Under the pieces are notes generated by a model. The model had not been told where the DNA came from. It did no database searches and saw nothing but the letters and a program-made list of their open reading frames with translations. 36,068 nt of DNA from a virus: UHGV virus genome UHGV-0187047; one strand, 5' to 3'. Shown piece after piece: positions 7,797-15,034 of the stretch. Numbering within the stretch: position 1 is the stretch's first letter; every line of letters starts with the position of its first letter. The position numbers and the translations under genes were made by a program.

Positions 7797-8704
7797 ACAA
7801 GATACACCGTAATTTGCGCTTTTGTTTTTCCGTCGTCATTTTCGCCGCAAGCGTCGAGAATACCAACGATCTTTTTATGCTCGTTTTCGTTTATGAAGTT
7901 TGCGGCAGACTTCGGCAATTCGCCGACTTCTTCGTAAATGTCATTAAAAACGACGAAGCAATCGTCGGCGTCTTCGTATTCGATAGTTAGCACGTCGCCT
8001 TCGTCGCAATTTAACAAATTATCTTCACGCGTTGTATATTCATCAATTTTCTTTTTGATTTTCGAGAGGGAAAAACGCTTCGATTCGAATATATCGAGCG
8101 GCTTATAAAAGCCGATCTTGTATGTGGCTTTATTATTGCTGACCGAATATTTGTTGAGATAACCGGACACACGCCAGCCGCGCTTTGTGTAATCGTTGAA
8201 CATATCTTGAACCGTTCCGCGATAGATATATCCGATTTTTGCCCCGTTAAGATACACGGCGACCGCTTTTTCGTCGTGGGGGTTTTCGGGTTCTTGCTTG
8301 AACGTCAGCGCCTTTCCACCGTTACCGGGGATATGGTCGAACGCCCCGTCAAACAAACACAAAGATTCTTCATATTCATAGCAAAGCGCCGCACCGTCTG
8401 TAACGTCTTCAAATAAATTGTAATTCTTTTCGCCGTCCGGAACGCTTTTCTTTTCGGCCGCAGGAGCGGGCGCAACATTCGCGGCGGTAACGATCGCAGG
8501 AGCAGGAGCGGACACAGTATTTTTTGTGGCGGGCGCTGGGTTCTTTTTATCAAGATAAACAAGCGCCGCGCCGCCAGCAATTAAAAGGACGCTACCACCA
8601 GCCAGCGCCGCTTTATCATCTGTATTTCCAAACAAGCCGAAAAGACCGACAACGCCGAACGTGATTAAAACAATACCGATTATAAATTTCTTTCCCTTTT
8701 TCAT
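7790..8704 (-). CDS. Membrane-anchored HIRAN-domain protein
   Basis: Start moved to ATG 8704 (RBS AAAGGGG). Two N-terminal TM helices, Ala/Pro linker, HIRAN motif EPENPHDEKAVAVYLNGAKIGYI, and a possible second degenerate copy. Confidence 0.8.
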   Translation of the reverse strand: MKKGKKFIIGIVLITFGVVGLFGLFGNTDDKAALAGGSVLLIAGGAALVYLDKKNPAPATKNTVSAPAPAIVTAANVAPAPAAEKKSVPDGEKNYNLFEDVTDGAALCYEYEESLCLFDGAFDHIPGNGGKALTFKQEPENPHDEKAVAVYLNGAKIGYIYRGTVQDMFNDYTKRGWRVSGYLNKYSVSNNKATYKIGFYKPLDIFESKRFSLSKIKKKIDEYTTREDNLLNCDEGDVLTIEYEDADDCFVVFNDIYEEVGELPKSAANFINENEHKKIVGILDACGENDDGKTKAQITVYLVK

Positions 8705-8776
8705 AGTGGAATCCCCTTTATGTGTAATAGATCGTAAAAATATATACGTTCCCGCTGGGAGCGGGCAAAACAAACG

Positions 8777-9178
8777 TTATTTTGATTCGGTATGTACTGC
8801 ACCGAAAATCTTTTCCCCTTCCGCAACAACGGAAGCGGCGTCGGCGGCAATGTTCGCGCCCGCCTGAACCCCTAAAAGAGTATCGACCGCGCCTTGCATA
8901 TCAGGCCGCGCGCGATACGCGAGAACAACCGCCTTTTCCTTTTCGGAAAGCGCGAACGGCGCTTCGGAAGATTCGTCGCGGAATTCCGCAAGAATATCAC
9001 CCACATTATATATATCGCATAATTGCATTAAGATTTCGGCGTCAGGTTGACCGCGGTTATTTTCCCACGCATTGACCGTTTTTCCGCTTTTACCTACCAT
9101 AGCGCCGACTTGATCGGCGGTCAATCCGCTTTGTTCTCTTAAACGTTTTAACGCTTTTGCTATTGATTCACGCGACAT
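8777..9178 (-). CDS. XRE-family HTH repressor
   Basis: Start at ATG 9178 (RBS GGGGTG). LKRLREQSGLTADQVG...TVNAWENNRGQP, with C-terminal LSEKEKAVVLAYR helix. Confidence 0.85.
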   Translation of the reverse strand: MSRESIAKALKRLREQSGLTADQVGAMVGKSGKTVNAWENNRGQPDAEILMQLCDIYNVGDILAEFRDESSEAPFALSEKEKAVVLAYRARPDMQGAVDTLLGVQAGANIAADAASVVAEGEKIFGAVHTESK

Positions 9179-9179
9179 T

Positions 9180-9308
9180 CTACACACCCCATATTTTTAT
9201 ATTGGTTTTTTTGCAGTACGGAGCGGCTAACCTTAATATATCCACTTGCTTTAAATTTCGCTCGTTTATAAGTTGTAACAGTCGCTCAGCCGTTGAACTG
9301 ATTTTCAT
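9180..9308 (-). pseudogene. 5' half of a CI-like HTH gene (MKISSTAERLLQLINERNLKQVDILRLAAPYCKKTNIKIWGV, 42 aa)
   Basis: Not in the ORF track. RBS AGAAGGT. Starts like CI (MKISST.ERLLQ) and breaks off before the recognition helix. Confidence 0.85.
9195..9294. repeat. 100-bp direct repeat, copy 2
   Basis: Matches 7671-7770. Confidence 0.92.
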
Positions 9309-9332
9309 AAAATACCTTCTTTTTTCGGTGTG

Positions 9333-9668
9333 TTAACTACTTCCGTTTGTATTGTTCATTATGAATTGAATGATTTTTAATTTATTCTCTTCGCTTGCCG
9401 AACGGTAAAAAGCGAGGAGTGCTTTTTCTTGTTCGGTTATTAAGTCCGCAGCAGCCATTCTGCTTTGCGGCACATCTCTATCCATTAAATAATCAAGACT
9501 GACATTAAAAAAATCAGCGATAATTCCAAGTGTCTCATAATTTTTAGGCTCGCGTTCGCCGAGTTCCCACATCGCAACCGTGCTTGATGAAACACCTATT
9601 TTTTTTGCAAATTGTGCTTGCGATAAATGTTTTTTATTCCTTAAACGTTTTAATTGCTTACAAAATAT
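9333..9668 (-). CDS. XRE repressor paralog (distinct HTH plus shared C-module); apparent ATA start
   Basis: The frame is open upstream of the track's ATG 9572 and encodes a full HTH (IFCKQLKRLRNKKHLSQAQFAKKIGVSSSTVAMWELGEREP). RBS AAGGGG precedes ATA at 9668. Confidence 0.75.
   Translation of the reverse strand: MFCKQLKRLRNKKHLSQAQFAKKIGVSSSTVAMWELGEREPKNYETLGIIADFFNVSLDYLMDRDVPQSRMAAADLITEQEKALLAFYRSASEENKLKIIQFIMNNTNGSS
9347..9439. repeat. C-module repeat copy (matches 9682-9774)
   Basis: 93 bp with about 4 mismatches, offset 335 bp. Confidence 0.9.
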
Positions 9669-9673
9669 AATTT

Positions 9674-10063
9674 TTACCCCCTTGTATTGTTCATTATGTA
9701 TTGAATGATTTTTAATTTATTCTCTTCGCCTGCCGAACGGTAAAAAGCAAGTAGTGCTTTTTCTTGTTCGGTTAATGAATTTGCAGTATCAATTTCGCTT
9801 TGCGGTACATCATATCCCATGAGCCAAAGTGGATTAACGCGAAAAATATTAGCCAATGAATAAACTGTTGGGAGCTTTGGAAGCATTATATCGTTTGCAT
9901 AACGACTTATAGTAGCAGCAGACATTCCAAGCTTTCTTGCAACGGAGTATGTAGTTTCGTCGGAGCTTGAAAGCAAAGCTGACAACCGAAGCGAAAACAC
10001 ATCTTTATTGATTATTAACCCGTTTTCTTTTTTTCTCTGTTTTATACGGTTGTGAATTTCCAT
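9674..10063 (-). CDS. XRE repressor paralog (distinct HTH plus shared C-module)
   Basis: VARKLGMSAATISRYANDIMLPK HTH, WLMGYDVP linker, shared C-terminal module. RBS GGGTG. Confidence 0.85.
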   Translation of the reverse strand: MEIHNRIKQRKKENGLIINKDVFSLRLSALLSSSDETTYSVARKLGMSAATISRYANDIMLPKLPTVYSLANIFRVNPLWLMGYDVPQSEIDTANSLTEQEKALLAFYRSAGEENKLKIIQYIMNNTRG

Positions 10064-10091
10064 TTAATCACCCATTTTCCGCATTAAAAAT

Positions 10092-10760
10092 TCAAAACTT
10101 GGCGCGAAGTTCAACGACCTTGCCTATAATGCTTACGGGAAGCGATTCAATATCGTCGTTACTGTAAGTTTTAACTTCATAAGCCGGATTTGACGGAACG
10201 AGGTTTATTCCGCCGTTGAATTTCTGTACTTTTTTAATCGTTGCTTCGTCGCCGTTAACAAGTACTATCGCAACCTCGCCGCTCTCGACATCCGGCTGTT
10301 TGCGCACAATAACAACATCGCCCTCTTTTATGCGTGGTTCCATTGAATCACCCTTGATTTGTAATGCAAAATAATCACCTTGTCGTGCCATATCTTCGCT
10401 GATTTCTTCATAATCTAATATATTCTCGACAGCCTCCATCGGAAGCCCAGCGCGAACGGTGCCGAGGACTGGAACCTTAATTTGAGAAGATGAATTAGGC
10501 TCAACAATGCCTTTTTGATGCATCGGTACATCATACCCCATAAGCCAAGCTTCGTTAACTTTAAGTGCTTGCCCCAGTATGTAAAGTTTGGATTGTCGCG
10601 GCTCGACTTTACCACTTACATATTGACTTAAATCGTTTCTGTTTAATTTGATATCGTTTTCTTCACAGAACGGCGCCGCTAACCGTAATATATCGACTTG
10701 TTTTAAATGTCGATTATTCATAATTTGCAATAATCGTTCTGATGTCGAACTAATTTTCAT
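10092..10760 (-). CDS. cI: CI-like repressor (XRE HTH plus S24 autopeptidase)
   Basis: VRAG cleavage site, GDSMEP (Ser), ATIKK (Lys), IIGKVV. Divergent from cro. Confidence 0.95.
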   Translation of the reverse strand: MKISSTSERLLQIMNNRHLKQVDILRLAAPFCEENDIKLNRNDLSQYVSGKVEPRQSKLYILGQALKVNEAWLMGYDVPMHQKGIVEPNSSSQIKVPVLGTVRAGLPMEAVENILDYEEISEDMARQGDYFALQIKGDSMEPRIKEGDVVIVRKQPDVESGEVAIVLVNGDEATIKKVQKFNGGINLVPSNPAYEVKTYSNDDIESLPVSIIGKVVELRAKF

Positions 10761-10780
10761 ATTATCACCTCATTTAATAT

Positions 10781-10809
10781 ATAATAGCACGCAATAAACA
10801 AAAGTTCAA
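10781..10809 (-). promoter_or_regulatory. Leftward (lysogenic) promoter
   Basis: Minus strand TTGAAC-17bp-TATTAT with extended TG, upstream of cI. Confidence 0.6.
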
Positions 10810-10826
10810 GGAAAAAAGAAAAACAA

Positions 10827-10900
10827 TTCAAAATAATTGAATTTTTGTATTGACACACACCGTAAGCAGTGATATTATAAGCTTGTTCAAGATAATTGAA
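10827..10900. promoter_or_regulatory. Operators TTCAA-N5-TTGAA (10827-10841, 10886-10900) flanking the rightward promoter (10850-10878)
   Basis: Two palindromes around TTGACA-17bp-TATTAT. A third copy lies at 11132-11146. Confidence 0.8.
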
Positions 10901-10920
10901 TAAAAGAAAGGATGTTGTAA

Positions 10921-11145
10921 ATGACGTTTGATTATTCAAAGCTAAGTGGGCTCATCAATCAAAAATGTGCTACACGAGCGAATTTTGCAAAACTTATAGG
11001 GCTTTCCGAAAGGTCTGTTTCGCTTAAAATGAGCAGCAAAATTCAATGGAAACAAAATGAAATATGTCGCGCCTGCCAAATTTTAGAAATTCCTGAAACA
11101 GAAATTCCCGAGATTTTTTTTAAAGTAAAAGTTCAAAATATTTGA
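10921..11145 (+). CDS. cro: Cro-like HTH protein (DUF739-like)
   Basis: MTFDYSKLSGLI...FAKLIGLSERSVSLKM...W.Q.EI...L.I...EI..IFF. Divergent from cI. Confidence 0.88.
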   Translation: MTFDYSKLSGLINQKCATRANFAKLIGLSERSVSLKMSSKIQWKQNEICRACQILEIPETEIPEIFFKVKVQNI

Positions 11146-11170
11146 ACTGAAGAAAGGAAAACGGTACGGT

Positions 11171-11374
11171 ATGTCAGTTAAAATTTTTACAAAAAAAATA
11201 ACATCGTGGGAAAGCTTACCCGTGCTTTTAGACATCGAAACTGTGTGCTGCCTTTTGCAGTGTTCTGAAAATACGGCGATAAAGCTTTGTAAGAACGGGG
11301 AAATCAAAGGAAAAAAACTCGGCAATATGTGGCGAGTAAGCAGAGACAGTCTGCGCGATTTCTTCATTAATTAA
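11171..11374 (+). CDS. Excisionase-like HTH protein
   Basis: LP.LL....V..LL..S..T..K.CK.GEI.G.KLG..WRV pattern. Confidence 0.8.
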   Translation: MSVKIFTKKITSWESLPVLLDIETVCCLLQCSENTAIKLCKNGEIKGKKLGNMWRVSRDSLRDFFIN

Positions 11375-11387
11375 AGGAGATTTAAAA

Positions 11388-11570
11388 ATGATAGTCAGTA
11401 CAACACTTGAAGCGTTAGGCATTGCGGCATTGATAGCCGCTTATTATCACGAAGACAAATTTATTAAATTCGAAAGCGACTGCCGCGAAATATATCGCGC
11501 GTGCAAGCGTCAGGGAATATCGGCTTGCGACCTGTTTAAGATGATTTGCCGCGAGGAGCTGAAAAAATGA
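11388..11570 (+). CDS. Hypothetical protein with N-terminal hydrophobic helix
   Basis: RBS AAGGAG, 60 aa. Confidence 0.65.
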   Translation: MIVSTTLEALGIAALIAAYYHEDKFIKFESDCREIYRACKRQGISACDLFKMICREELKK

Positions 11571-11827
11571 TTTCAAACAAAAGAACAAAAAATCGCAGAA
11601 TCATTGCTCGGCACAATGACGATCCGGAAAAGAAAGAGTATATTCCCGACCCGAATTTTCCGTACACCATTTGCAAAACTTGCGCATTCCTATACAAGCC
11701 AAGTCAGCATTGTAAAGTCCAAATGTGCGTAAGCCTCGCCGACCAAGGCAAGCCGCGAGACAGAAACGCGACAAACGAGCATTGCGACACATACAAGCCG
11801 AAGAAACGAGAGGTTAAGCCGTGGTGA
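11567..11827 (+). CDS. Cys-rich hypothetical protein
   Basis: ATG 11567 after GAGGAG, ATGA overlap. CxxC...C...C...C. Confidence 0.6.
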   Translation: MISNKRTKNRRIIARHNDDPEKKEYIPDPNFPYTICKTCAFLYKPSQHCKVQMCVSLADQGKPRDRNATNEHCDTYKPKKREVKPW

Positions 11828-12147
11828 ATGAAGAAGAGCTGCGTCCGTTCCTTTATGAAAGCAAATACGGCTACCGAGTGAACATAAGGAATCCATATGT
11901 CGCAAAGCTGTTTACACGCTTCAGAGATAAGCTCGGGCTTCCGACATGGTGCCCGTGCAACGACATAGAAAGGCTCGAATTTGAGACGGCGGTTATTCCG
12001 CTGCTTGAAAAAAAATTCGGAATAAAAGCCCCGAAAGTCAACGTGCCGCAACATATCAGAGAGCGGCTGCCGGTTGAGCTTGTAGCGACCCTCTACGGCT
12101 TAGACGAAGAATTCATGTTGAATTTAGAAAAAAACACAAAAAAATAG
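11821..12147 (+). CDS. Hypothetical protein
   Basis: RBS GAGAGG, overlaps the previous gene. 108 aa. Confidence 0.65.
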   Translation: MVNEEELRPFLYESKYGYRVNIRNPYVAKLFTRFRDKLGLPTWCPCNDIERLEFETAVIPLLEKKFGIKAPKVNVPQHIRERLPVELVATLYGLDEEFMLNLEKNTKK

Positions 12148-12239
12148 CCGCCCTGCGCAGCAACGCAAGACGGCCGCCCGGTAAATACCGAAGCAAAATC
12201 ATGTATAAATAGTATATCAAGAAATTCGGTATTTGTCAA
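12138..12239 (-). ncRNA. Putative ~65-nt antisense sRNA with its own promoter and terminator
   Basis: TTGACA(12239-12234)-17bp-TATACT(12216-12211). G.U-containing hairpin 12174-12147 pairs best on the minus strand and is followed by a U tract. Confidence 0.55.
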
Positions 12240-12352
12240 ATTTTCAAAACGTCCGTTTGGGCGTTTGGCGGCCTTGTATTGTATCGTATCTTTTCGGACA
12301 AAAAGAAGACGCAAACGGCTACAATGCAAAAGAAAAGGAAGTGACAAATACT

Positions 12353-12736
12353 TTGTTTTATAAAAATCAGTCAGTCAATCAGTCATTCGATGACACGCTC
12401 GGAAAAATCAAAGCCCAAATTGAAATAGACAGTGTCCCTGTTGAGCTTCTTTTACAAGCTGAAGAGCTTGCGGTTATCATCGCCGAGGTTATGAGGCTTC
12501 GGCAAGCTGACGCGCTCAAGGTCGGAGGCGTTATACGCCCGGCAGGAGATGTTCAGGCTGTTTTCTCGAAAATCGAAAACGAGCACATCATATACGTGCT
12601 TGAGCATTACAACGAAGTGCCGTATCGAATACGGAATCCGAAGCAGTACCTGCGCACGGCTCTTTATAACTCCGTTTTTGAAATTAACAACGCCGCTGCG
12701 AACCTATACAGTGCCACGGAAGGCGGGCGGCCATGA
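12353..12736 (+). CDS. DUF6017-like protein (C-terminal domain type of replication initiators)
   Basis: HIIYVL...IRNPKQYLRTALYNS motif. Start uncertain (TTG 12353 after AGGAAGTG, or GTG 12341). Confidence 0.6.
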   Translation: MFYKNQSVNQSFDDTLGKIKAQIEIDSVPVELLLQAEELAVIIAEVMRLRQADALKVGGVIRPAGDVQAVFSKIENEHIIYVLEHYNEVPYRIRNPKQYLRTALYNSVFEINNAAANLYSATEGGRP

Positions 12737-13644
12737 ACAGAGAGAAGCGAACCTACTCGGGCAAGCTCCTTGACGTAGATTTCTACCCGGTTTTTTCGGA
12801 CGGTCGGCGAATGCCATCACGAAAGCCGAAAACAAAGCCCTCTACGGCCGAGCAAGAGAAATATAACCGAAACAAAGCCGTGCGGGAATTCTGCCGGATT
12901 GTTAACGCAAATTTCGATGAAAAAGATTATTTTATGCATCCGACGTTTACGCCGCTTTCGGCACCCAAAAGCAGAGAGGAAGCAAAAAAAATCTTAGCGA
13001 ATTACCGAGCGCGGGTTCAGCGACGGCGAAAAAAAGAGTTAAAAAAAGCGAAGCTTGCATTATCGGTGCTCCCGGAGCGGAAAGAGCTGAAAGAACAGCG
13101 AAAAGAGCTTGTTGAAAAAATCAACGTTCTGTCCCGTCCGTTCAAATATGCGTACACGATTGAAGAGGTCACATATAAGACGGGAATACTAAAAGGGCGG
13201 ACAAACTATCATTACCACTTATTCATCACCGGCGGCTTGGATGACAGGCTTATGGAGAGGATGTGGGATAAGGGCGTTCGAGTTAACGTCAACAATTATC
13301 AGCCGGAGCGGTTCGGCCCGGAAACGGCGGCAAAATATATGCTTAAAAGCACGCCCGAAGCCGGAAAGAAAAAATACATCTGCTCGCGGAATATGACCCC
13401 GCCGCGAGTGCCGGATCCGTCAAGACGAGACGGCAAAACGTCAAATCGCCAGCTTGAAAAATGGGCGAAAGAGCGAGTAAATGACGCTGAGTTTTGGGAG
13501 CGGAAATACAAAGGCTACCGATTCGAGCGTTGCTTCGCACGGAAAAACCCATATAACGGGCATTGGTACATATCGGTGATTATGTATCGGGCGACAGCGG
13601 AAATGCCGCCGTGGACGCTCGATGATTGGGGGGTGTATGAGTAG
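12733..13644 (+). CDS. HUH-superfamily rolling-circle-type replication initiator
   Basis: Motif I-like FMHPTF, motif II YHYHLFI, motif III AAKYMLK followed by SRNM. Very basic protein. Confidence 0.75.
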   Translation: MNREKRTYSGKLLDVDFYPVFSDGRRMPSRKPKTKPSTAEQEKYNRNKAVREFCRIVNANFDEKDYFMHPTFTPLSAPKSREEAKKILANYRARVQRRRKKELKKAKLALSVLPERKELKEQRKELVEKINVLSRPFKYAYTIEEVTYKTGILKGRTNYHYHLFITGGLDDRLMERMWDKGVRVNVNNYQPERFGPETAAKYMLKSTPEAGKKKYICSRNMTPPRVPDPSRRDGKTSNRQLEKWAKERVNDAEFWERKYKGYRFERCFARKNPYNGHWYISVIMYRATAEMPPWTLDDWGVYE

Positions 13645-13676
13645 CAAAAATTAACAAAATTTCGGAGGTATAAAAA

Positions 13677-14054
13677 ATGATAATTTCAGGAGAAGGCTCA
13701 AAAACAATGAGTGAGAGCGAAGAGCAAATATGCCTTTTTCGGTGGGCACAATGGGCTTGTTGCAAATATCCCGAGCTTAAATTGCTGTTCCACGTCCCGA
13801 ACGAGGGAAAAAGAAGCGTTTATACCGGAGCACGTATGCGCTCGGAAGGTCTAAGAGCCGGCGTCCCAGACATCTGCTTACCCGTGGCGAAAAAAAGATA
13901 TCACGGTTTGTTTGTTGAGATGAAAGCCGGAAAAAACAAGCCTACCGAAAACCAATTAGAATGGCTTTCGTCTCTCGAAGAACAAGGATATATGACGGCC
14001 ATATGTTACGGCTGGGAAGCCGCGAAAGTCGTTATTGAAAATTATCTCAAATAA
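13677..14054 (+). CDS. VRR-NUC domain nuclease
   Basis: E..EQ..LF.W, FHVPNEG.R, G...GVPD, LFVEMK, P.ENQ..W. Confidence 0.9.
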   Translation: MIISGEGSKTMSESEEQICLFRWAQWACCKYPELKLLFHVPNEGKRSVYTGARMRSEGLRAGVPDICLPVAKKRYHGLFVEMKAGKNKPTENQLEWLSSLEEQGYMTAICYGWEAAKVVIENYLK

Positions 14055-14059
14055 AAAGG

Positions 14060-14335
14060 GTGGGAAAAATGATACACGAATTAAAAATCAAGCCTCAATA
14101 TTACGAAGATGTTAAAATCGGGCTTAAACCATTCGAAATAAGAAAAAACGACCGAGATTTCAAGCTCGGTGACATTCTTGTTTTGAACGAATATAGCCTT
14201 GATGACAGCGGAGCGGGAACATACAGCGGTCGTGCCCTCACAGTAAGGGTTACATATCTTTTGAACGACCCTGAATATTGCAAAGAAGGTTATGTAATTC
14301 TCGGGATCATCCCGGTAGGAGAACGCCATGGATAA
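14060..14335 (+). CDS. ASCH/DUF3850-like protein
   Basis: HELKIKPQYY..V..G.K.FEIRKNDRDFK.GD.L.L.EY. Confidence 0.88.
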   Translation: MGKMIHELKIKPQYYEDVKIGLKPFEIRKNDRDFKLGDILVLNEYSLDDSGAGTYSGRALTVRVTYLLNDPEYCKEGYVILGIIPVGERHG

Positions 14336-14456
14336 GATTTTATATTACGTCATAGCAATTTTTTTGATAATAGCGGCCGTTGTGTTTTCGGCCGTCGCAA
14401 TTAAAGCCATCATCAATTTTATTGTTTTTATCGCCGCGGCGGTAATAATGAATTAA
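14328..14456 (+). CDS. 42-aa hydrophobic membrane peptide
   Basis: Not in the ORF track. RBS AGGAG, MDKILYYVIAIFLIIAAVVFSAVAIKAIINFIVFIAAAVIMN fills the gap between genes. Confidence 0.65.
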   Translation: MDKILYYVIAIFLIIAAVVFSAVAIKAIINFIVFIAAAVIMN

Positions 14457-14468
14457 GGAGCACAAAAA

Positions 14469-15008
14469 ATGAAATTAAAGAAAATAGAGCAAATCCTAAA
14501 ACGTAACAAAACGATAATACTCTATCATGGACCGGATGATATACAGTTTTTGAGCGACGGAACGGCTCTTTACCCTATGTTTAATCTTCCGGAATTAACC
14601 AAAGAAAGCATATTTACAATGTTTGACATTCCGGAGGAAAAAGCATCTAAATTTCTTTTCGAAATACGCGCACTTTCTCAGACGCTTGATGTAAACGTAA
14701 AAGACATTGACGCTACCGAAAATTTGCTCGAAAGAAGTAAAATATCGATTTGTTTAAACGGAATCGAGCTTGAGCCGTTAAAGACATCGCAAGGGATTAT
14801 GTACATAAACACGCGATATTTGGAGCCATTCGCGGACATAGAAACAGGATATGAGATATATGAAAGAACAAGAACAGACGGAATGCTGTATTTCGCGATT
14901 AAAAGTGGGCTCATATTGTGCGGCATCGTGTTTCCGAGTTTCGGAGACGAAAAGTTCATAAAAGGGCTGCTTAAAGAGCTTTTGCAATACACTACCGACG
15001 AAGAATAA
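14469..15008 (+). CDS. Phage hypothetical protein
   Basis: RBS AAGGAG, 179 aa. Confidence 0.7.
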   Translation: MKLKKIEQILKRNKTIILYHGPDDIQFLSDGTALYPMFNLPELTKESIFTMFDIPEEKASKFLFEIRALSQTLDVNVKDIDATENLLERSKISICLNGIELEPLKTSQGIMYINTRYLEPFADIETGYEIYERTRTDGMLYFAIKSGLILCGIVFPSFGDEKFIKGLLKELLQYTTDEE

Positions 15009-15034
15009 TAACATTCAAGAAAAGAGGAAAAGTT

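Noticed and set aside
7745..7838. Frameshift fusion of the HIRAN gene to the downstream HTH
   Set aside because: The alternative frame is open across the junction, but there is no canonical slippery heptamer. The repeat/insertion explanation fits better.
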